Below, piece after piece: positions 56,093-64,000 of a DNA stretch of 64,000 nt; positions within the stretch are counted from its first letter, which is position 1, and every line of letters starts with the position of its first letter. The position numbers and the translations under genes were made by a program. The notes below the pieces were generated by a model. That model saw nothing but the letters and a program-made list of their open reading frames with translations. It made no database searches and was not told the DNA's origin. The DNA comes from Octopus sinensis (taxonomy: Eukaryota). The stretch spans positions 53,816,001 through 53,880,000 of the forward strand of contig NC_043008.1 in NCBI RefSeq assembly GCF_006345805.1. The letters are read 5' to 3'.

Positions 56093-56477
56093 ATATATAT
56101 GCCTGTATGTATATATATATATATATATATATATGCCTGTATGTATATATAATATATATATATATATTATATATATATAATATATATATATATATTATTA
56201 TATATATACGTACACGAATATATATGTATATACATATATATACATATATATACATACATACATATATATATATATATGTGTGTGTGGAGGGGTATGTTCC
56301 GTATCTTGTTGCGGCATCTATAGTGTAACATTATCGTTATTATATTTCTTTTTTTCCTGTCATTTGTTTTGTCTCATATTTATATCTGCCTGTCTTATGT
56401 CTTAATAATCTCTCCGCCATATCAATTTCCATTATACTGCGTTTTTCTTTCATATTAGAAACTGGTTTAGATTGGTT

Positions 56478-56948
56478 TGAAATGTTGGCACAAAGTCAAC
56501 AATTTCAAGCTAGGGGTCAAGTCGATTACTTCGACCCCAGGGTTTCACTGGTACTTATTTTATCGATTTCGATTTGACGGAAGGCAAGCTCGACCTCGCC
56601 GGAATTTGAACTCAGAACTTGAAGACAGACGAAATGCTGCTGAGCATTTCATCCAGCGTGCTAAGCCACTTTAGTAATAATAGTCGTTTCTTGTAAGGCA
56701 CGATACCAGTAGTTTTGAAAGGAACTAGTAAGTCGTCACTATGGGTTCCAGTACTTAACTAATATTTCGTTGTATAGCGTTCTGAGTTCAAATTCCACCG
56801 AGGTCAACTTTGCCTTTCATCCTTTCCGGAGCGATAAATTAAGTACCAGTTGCGTACTGGAGGTCGATCTAATCGACTGGCCCCTTCCCCTAAACTTTCG
56901 AACCTAGTGCCTAGAGTAGTAAACAATATTTCGATGTATAGACCCCGC

Positions 56949-56983
<35 letters not shown>

Positions 56984-57615
56984 TGCGTGTGTCGGGGGTG
57001 AAATTGAAGCCACAGAGTTTCATTCGACTCTCAAACGATTTTGCCAACTCACCACTTTAATAATACTTCTGGAACAAGGCCTGAATTGGGGTGGGGTCGG
57101 AGTTGACTAGTCGATTACATCAACCCCAGTGCTTTACTGGTACTTACTTTATCGACCTATTAACGATAAAAAGCAAAGTCAACCTCAGCGGAGTTTGAAC
57201 TCAGATTGTAGACACGGACGAAATAACCCTAAGCATTTCGTCCGGCGTGCTAACGATTCTTATTTCTTTATTGCCCACAAGGGTATAGAGGGGACAAACA
57301 AGGGCATTAAGTCGATTACATCGACGCCAGTGCGTAACTGGTACTTAATTTATCGAACCCCGAAAGGATGAAAGGCAAAGTCGACCTCAGCGGAATTTGA
57401 ACTCAGAACATAACGGCAGACGAAATATCGCCAAGCATTTCGCTCGGCGTGCTAACGTTTCTGCCAGCTCGCCGCCTTTCCCCACCTTGATAATGGTTCC
57501 CAAATTTGCCTGAAGGGCAGCTATTTGGGGTGAGGAGATGAGTCGTTTATATAGACCTCCAAGGTTTCACTGGTACTTAATTTATCGAGCCCGAAAGGAG
57601 GGAATGCAAAATCGA
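56478..57615. mobile_element. Cluster of five or more SINE family A copies in both orientations
   Basis: Approximate copies: - 56478-56670, + 56775-56925, - 57065-57260, - 57258-57478 (young, full head) and - 57500-57615. Confidence 0.85.
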
Positions 57616-57926
57616 CTACCGATCCAAGCCATCACTGGAACTGTAAGAATCTGTAAAATTTTTCAAAAGCTTATTTAAGCATATATGAGCATGTCTAGAC
57701 GTGCAAATAAATGAATGAGAATAAATACATAAAACAAAGCATACAACTCTGCACATATACATACATACACACATACATACATACATAGATACATACATAC
57801 ATACAAAAATATCCTGTTGATGTTGTTGAAATTCCTATGAAGGAGCCTTGGATCTAGGTTAGAACCCCACCCACCCACCGACCTTTGTCTATTGACAAGA
57901 ACTCTTGAAATAAAAGTGAATAATGA
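57616..57926 (+). mobile_element. Second copy (ORF end plus 3' UTR) of the R4/Dong-like element
   Basis: LPIQAITGTVRICKIFQKLI* aligns with LQIQSINGIVKVCKTF. The 3' UTR aligns with the reverse complement of 5807-6105 (TCTAGA, internal CATA repeat, TTGAAATTCC, AGGTTAGAA, TCTTGAAATA...AATGA). Confidence 0.85.
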
Positions 57927-58699
57927 CTTACATACATATGTATGTGTATATGTATATCTATGTATCTATATAAGTATGTATGGATGTATGGACATGTAGA
58001 CACACGTCCATACAACCATACGCATCCATACATCCATACACGCCCATACATGTATGTACGTGGGTATTATGTTAAAATTAATAGTATCTGATAGATAGTC
58101 GAGTGTCTCAACTGATTTTCTGATTATTATTCTGTATTATACATAGTTTTTCTTTCTTTCATATATTGTAACTGATTCAGCCGTTCACTGTCAATATTAG
58201 GAGAAAACAAAGAACGAACTAATTCGCGATTGAGAGTAGAAAATATTTCAAGGGACAATCTATAGATTATGTGCAAAATATAGCAAAACGTTTTATTTGA
58301 AATTTTTAAAAAAAATGAACGATAAAAATATTCGTTCGAATGTATTAGTGCCAGTTCAGGAAATTTGTGAGTCAAAGTACTTAATTTGTAAGTCAAATTC
58401 CATGTGTGTAATTTATACTACTTGACAGACAAAAAAGAAATCAATATTTAACAATATGTTAGGAATTAGTGTGTCGAAGCGTCAAAATATGTGAGATAAT
58501 TGTTTGCATAATATTTCCATCTCAGTATTCTAATTATATTAAAGATCTGCGTCTAGTTTATTCGGCTTCGTATCATAGCTTGTGAGTGGTAAAAAAAAAG
58601 CGAGACATTCACGGCTGAAAAGCCGTCATTAAAACCACCCTAAAGATCGTATGGAACAGTACAATGAGCCCCCATGCGAGAACAAGTACGGTTTAGTAC

Positions 58700-59000
58700 C
58701 ATGCAAAGCTTTTGTTAACTGTTTTTGCAACTTATGTAGTCGAGAGCAAGTTTACAGGCTTTCTCAGCCTTCTCACCATTGTCTCAGCGGCACGTCGAGA
58801 ATACGACAGCAGGAGGGAGGGTGAGTGAAAGAGAGCGTCACAGACATCCATCTTGAACACATTTGCAGCTTCAAAGACAACAGCAACGTCAGACGAAGTG
58901 CTTTGCTCAATGACACACACAACACGTCAGTAAGTCCTGAAGTCGACACTACGACATCATGACCATGAAATGAACACCCTAGCCACTAGGTCACTCACCA
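58700..59000 (-). mobile_element. Decayed SINE with family C-type head
   Basis: AAGTGCTTTGCTCAATGACACACAC...CACCCTAGCCACTAGG. Confidence 0.5.
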
Positions 59001-60094
59001 TAACATCCTAGAGGTAAACATCACCATGTAACTGGGAGTATTTTAGCTGATAATTAATAAATATAGGCTATCATTGATATTTTTCAAAAGCGCATAAGTA
59101 ATGTACATGTTGTTGTGAAGTTGAGAATCGCATCCTCTTTGACATTGTAGATCTAGAATCAAAAAGGAGTCGGCAGTAATACTCTCTATATTAATTTTAA
59201 TATAGTGCTACAATATTTCTAAGTACTATTGAGACGTCATGGCGTGAGATTTTAAAAGAAAACTTAGCTGCTATTTCTAGTAGAAGGGGTAACCATCTAG
59301 AGGTTTTCTCGATAGCCCGACTCGTAGCTCAACATCTATATAGAATATTCTATTCGTTACTCCTCTGAAATATATTCAAATGATGGAAATATATCGATCA
59401 TTTATAAGATGAGGCGTAATATTTTCAATATCTTTATCTGTAATTAGATTTATGAAAGAAAGGAACTTTAAATATCCTTATATATCTTCTATATTATTGG
59501 ACAGAGCCAGAACCGTAAGCAATTCGGTGCAGCTAATGCATCGATTTTACTACCTTGAAACCTTGAAACTATTTCCAACAGAGAAATATATTCGGGATAT
59601 TAGACTATTAGATATTAAATGTCACCTTCTTCACAGGATTCAATTGTATCTAGCAATTTATACAATCGATAAATCAATATATACACAGTACTGTACTCAA
59701 AGCAGTAAAGTAACTGGTGTTTTGCTGCCATTAGCGCGTACTAAAGAGGAAACATTAACAGAAAAATTATTACTTCACACAACGCCGATGAAGTACTAGA
59801 AGCACAAGCGTGTGCCAGGAAAAGATGTATTAAATATAAGTATGTATTTACCTAAATACGTATGAGACCACGTTACTTTCGTGTATCCTTTTACTTTAGA
59901 CATCATTATATTCTATATTACATTGTAGATATAAAAAGGAATTCATTTCCCGTTTATTGAGCGCTTTGTTAAAATGTTTACATGAAAAACGAATTTTCTT
60001 CATATTTGCAAATTTCTGCTTATATATGATTTTGATTTTGATTTTTCCAGTTTCAGCTAATGAGCTGTGGCCATGCTGGGGCACCGCCATTTAT

Positions 60095-60115
60095 GTATAT
60101 ATATATTTATATTTA

Positions 60116-60169
<54 letters not shown>

Positions 60170-60173
60170 CGTT

Positions 60174-60219
<46 letters not shown>

Positions 60220-60220
60220 T
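60095..60220. repeat. (TTA)n directly followed by (AAT)n
   Basis: Directly visible; the two tracts are mutually complementary. Confidence 0.95.
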
Positions 60221-60872
60221 TTCAATCATCATATTATGATTATAATATTCAATTTTTAAACTTGGCTTTAAATTAATATTAAATGCTATTTCGGTTTTCA
60301 ACGGTCTTTTTGTAAATTTTTGTTCACTTAAATTTTGGCAAAGAAAGCATTCTTGAGATGTTCGTCTCATTCCGTAACTTTCCGATATTGATTTGAATAC
60401 CTCGAACTCGTTTTCGTATTTGTAATAGTTTCCTGTCAACGCTTCCTCTTTCTTGTCCGCAAATGACAATAACGCATTAAACGTATAGAAGACGTATTTT
60501 GTTTTGTTCTGACAACACTTCTTTCTTATACATACATTCAAATATCTTGGTTCAAATGGAATTGAGCCACGTCTAACTATCAATGTAAAACACCATATAT
60601 GTCTAATAATACACATATTTTATTAAAATATTTTATTACTGCTTTCCAGCCATAAAATTAATTCGTCTGTAAAACACGTTTCAAATTTCTGAGTAAAATA
60701 AAATTTATTTCGACGCCGAAATAAATCATTCTCAAACGTTTATAAGGTTTCGAAGAATGTAAATTTTAATATATATATATAAAATGTGTAACGTTAGGTA
60801 GTAATTCAATATATATATATGCAATTATTCATTACATTCTCTCTTAAATCACAATAGCAGTTTTCTATTATC

Positions 60873-60875
<3 letters not shown>

Positions 60876-60969
<94 letters not shown>
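60876..60969. repeat. Perfect (CT)n
   Basis: Directly visible. Confidence 0.98.
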
Positions 60970-60971
<2 letters not shown>

Positions 60972-61933
60972 AAAACTTGCATTATTTATCTTTATTTTAT
61001 TCCCAAACTCTGAATTAATATCTGAATATATAAGTAACCATATTTGTTTTATTACTCTCACAAAAATAGCAATAATAACAATGAGGACTTGTTAACAATG
61101 TGCATCATCGAAAATTATAGTAAATCCACCAGGATTGCTTATTCAATAATATTTCTTATTTTTTAAATCTAAAATTATGTCAGAAATGAAATGTTTTGAC
61201 AAAGCTATATTGAATGTAAATAATAATAATTTCGTTCATAAAACCGCCAAGAATTGTCAGGAAATTTTATTACATAAAAAAAGAAATGATACATACGTTG
61301 TGGTATTTAATTAGTTCTGATGCTCTGCTTAGAATCCACTGAGGTCGAATTTGTCTTTTATCTTTCTATGTTTGATAACATGATTTATCAGTCATTTATT
61401 AGGGGTGACATGACATACGTTTTGCAACCCACAAATATTTGCTTACTGGTTATGTTGGAAATGAAATTTACATAAATTTAAAAATAAATGACTCCTATGA
61501 TTAATATATTTTACACAAGTCTACAGCCACAATACGTAATCGGTTTGCATTAGTTAACTGAGTTTACAGAAAAAGACAAACCTAACAGTATTTCAATGTA
61601 TAGGGACAGATCTTAATATTGTTTCAAGTTTTGACACAAAGCCAGCAGTTCAGGTGGTAGCAATTAGTCGGTTACACCGACTTTGTACTCTGTTTCTTGT
61701 GGGATCATAGAAAAGTAGACACTGAAAAAGTGAACTGGAAAATACTAGTTAATGAATAGAAAGAATACCATAGAGAAAATATTGTGATCAAATATTGCAA
61801 TACGTCATATTGAGGTCCGCCGTAGAGAAAATCGTGTGAATTCTTCTGCAATAGATCATAGTCTGACTATACTTGCAATATCTCCATACATTCAATGTTG
61901 ATGTTGTTGTTGTTGTTGTTGTTATTTACTCTC

Positions 61934-62290
61934 ATGTGGAAGCACTCCGTCGGTTACGACGACGCGGGTTCCGGTTGAAATTAACGTGAAAGTGGCTGAG
62001 CACTCCACAGACACGTGTACCCTTAACGTAATTCTCGGGGATATTCAGCGTGACACAGAGAGTGACAAGGCTGGCCCTTTGAAATACAGGCACAACAGAA
62101 ACAGGAAGTAAGAGTGAGAGAAAGTTGTGGTGAAAGAGTACAGCAGGGATCACCACCATCCCTGCCGGAGCCTCGTGGAGCTTTAGGTGTTTTCGCTCAA
62201 TAAACACTCACAACGCCCGGTCTGGGAATCGAAACCGCGATCCTATGACCGCGAGTCCGCTGCCCTAATCACTGGGCCATTGCGCCTCTA
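61934..62290 (-). mobile_element. Full-length SINE family C
   Basis: On -: head GAGGCGCAATGGCCCAGTGATTAGG (A box) and GGTTTCGATTCCC (B box); it ends GTCGTAACCGACGGAGTGCTTCCACAT near a (CAA)n run. Confidence 0.92.
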
Positions 62291-62560
62291 CTCTCATGTA
62301 AGCCTAAACGAAATGGCTTATGATCAAAGATATTCCAACTCTGAAAAACCTCTTCGCTTTTCGGACAGTTAGTTATCCCGGCATCATACACCGTCTAATA
62401 ATGTAAGCTATTTCTGAGACGATAGGATGTAATTTGATAGAAATTTGGTTGCTATTTTTAGCACTCCATGTGATCAGATAGGTCTTTCATCGTCATTGTA
62501 TCATATGTTTGGACGGTAAGTATAAGAAATTATTTTCAAGTATAAATTCATATTTGCCGA

Positions 62561-62564
<4 letters not shown>

Positions 62565-62644
<80 letters not shown>

Positions 62645-62662
62645 ATATATATATTTATATAT

Positions 62663-62695
<33 letters not shown>

Positions 62696-62714
62696 GTATG
62701 CATGTATGTATATA

Positions 62715-62807
<93 letters not shown>

Positions 62808-62820
62808 GTATGCATATATA
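62565..62820. repeat. (TA)n/(TATG)n
   Basis: Directly visible. Confidence 0.95.
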
Positions 62821-63569
62821 TGCAGTTATGCAGTTACGCTCAGACAGTAGACGCCTAATGTAAAGTACGATTATAAAACAGCCTCATTGAAACAGATACA
62901 TTATCAGAATAAATAAACATTATACATGAGAAAAGGAGATACAGAGTGAGAAAGTGGGGATGGAGAAGGAGAGAAAAGGACAGAGAGAAACGAAGAAATG
63001 TCTAAAAGAAAAAAGAAAGCGTGTACGAAGGCAAACCGCTCATGCTTATAGACAACGTCACCAGCTTAGCAAGTCTTGTGACATTATATGCATATTGATC
63101 AATTGTTATTTTGTGGCTGCTAGTTCTCCTTTGTCTATGGTCTTTGTTGGAAATGTTGACAGGCGGGTCCCTTATCACATTAATTCTATAGGATTTGTGT
63201 TGTATTATTCCGTCATTATGGCTTTTAAAGCGAATAATACATGGGTTCAGTGCTGATGTTCCTCAATTCTATTGCCACTGCTAGGTTTTATGTTAACATT
63301 TGTCTATCAAGCTCAAGCGGTAGTGACAAAAAATTGCTCAGCTTCTCAAAAGTAGTTATCTATTTAAAGAAGCCTGGAAGACACCAGTATCAGTCGAGTA
63401 AATTTACCTCAGTATAAAACTGATACTTTATTTCACCGACCCTAGACGGATTGAAGGTAAAGTTAGTCTCGTCGGGATTCGAACTCCGTAAATAAAAACG
63501 AAAGATGGGATTTAATACATCAATATATTTTTACCAATGTTTTAGCAATTCAGCCAATCTAAAATACTA

Positions 63570-63885
63570 CGTGGAAGCACATGTCCCAGTGGTTAGAGCA
63601 GCGGACATGAGGTCGAGGGATCGCGGGTTCGAATCTCAGACCGGGCGATGTGTGTGTTTAAGAGCGAAACACCTAAGCTCTACGCGGCTCCGGTAGAAGG
63701 TAATGGCAAACTTCTGCTGACTCTTTCGCCACAATCTTCTCTCATTCTTTCCTCCTGCATATTGCAGCTCACCTGAGACGGACCGGCATTCCGTCCAGGT
63801 GGGGAACCTATACGCCAAGGAAACAAGGAAACCGGCCCTTATGGGCCAGTTATGGCTCGAGAAGGAACACACAACAACAACAATA
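63570..63885 (+). mobile_element. Full-length tRNA-derived SINE with family C 5' half, a different 3' half and a (CAA)n tail
   Basis: TGTCCCAGTGGTTAG and GGGTTCGAATC boxes; shares about 180 bp with 61934-62290, then diverges to GACGGACCGGCATTCCGTCCAGG...GGCTCGAGAAGGAAC(AAC)n. Confidence 0.9.
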
Positions 63886-64000
63886 TACTACGACAGAGTC
63901 GATTAAAATTGCCAGAAATGCTCTCTACAATATGAATGAGACTAGAGGGACCAAATCTTCTGGAAGCATATGGAAAATTTTAACTAAGATCTCCAAGATA

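Noticed and set aside
59452-60616. 115-aa (+) and 167-aa (-) ORFs
   Set aside because: No recognisable motifs or convincing splice context, and the second runs into a microsatellite.
63571-63645. tRNA-like sequence with A and B boxes, also at 36040, 41120 and 62215
   Set aside because: Each continues into a SINE body and lacks a full cloverleaf, so these are SINE heads rather than tRNA genes.

Overview
This is AT-rich eukaryotic genomic DNA, probably intergenic or intronic. The SINE families, microsatellite load and retroelement types point to a coleoid cephalopod (Octopus-like); that assignment is my inference. I can support no host protein-coding gene, and most listed ORFs are translations of (TA)n, (TATG)n, (GATA)n and (TTA)n repeats. 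The window contains many microsatellites, at least three tRNA-derived SINE families and decayed transposons. The transposons are two copies of an R4/Dong-like RLE retrotransposon, a HERO-like RLE fragment, a Tc1 DD34E pseudogene, a mariner fragment, an RTE-like fragment and several Penelope-like element (PLE) remnants. The best unexplained signal is a set of type-I hammerhead ribozymes in (TA)n-flanked PLE-like pieces: two with intact catalytic cores (30831-30917 on -, 44211-44271 on +) and about seven decayed ones. Other points of interest are a SINE/LINE shared 3' tail, retroelement ends sorted by microsatellite type, a 179-bp local templated insertion inside a SINE, and a head-to-tail SINE tandem. 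Boundaries were read by eye and are approximate unless a motif is quoted.
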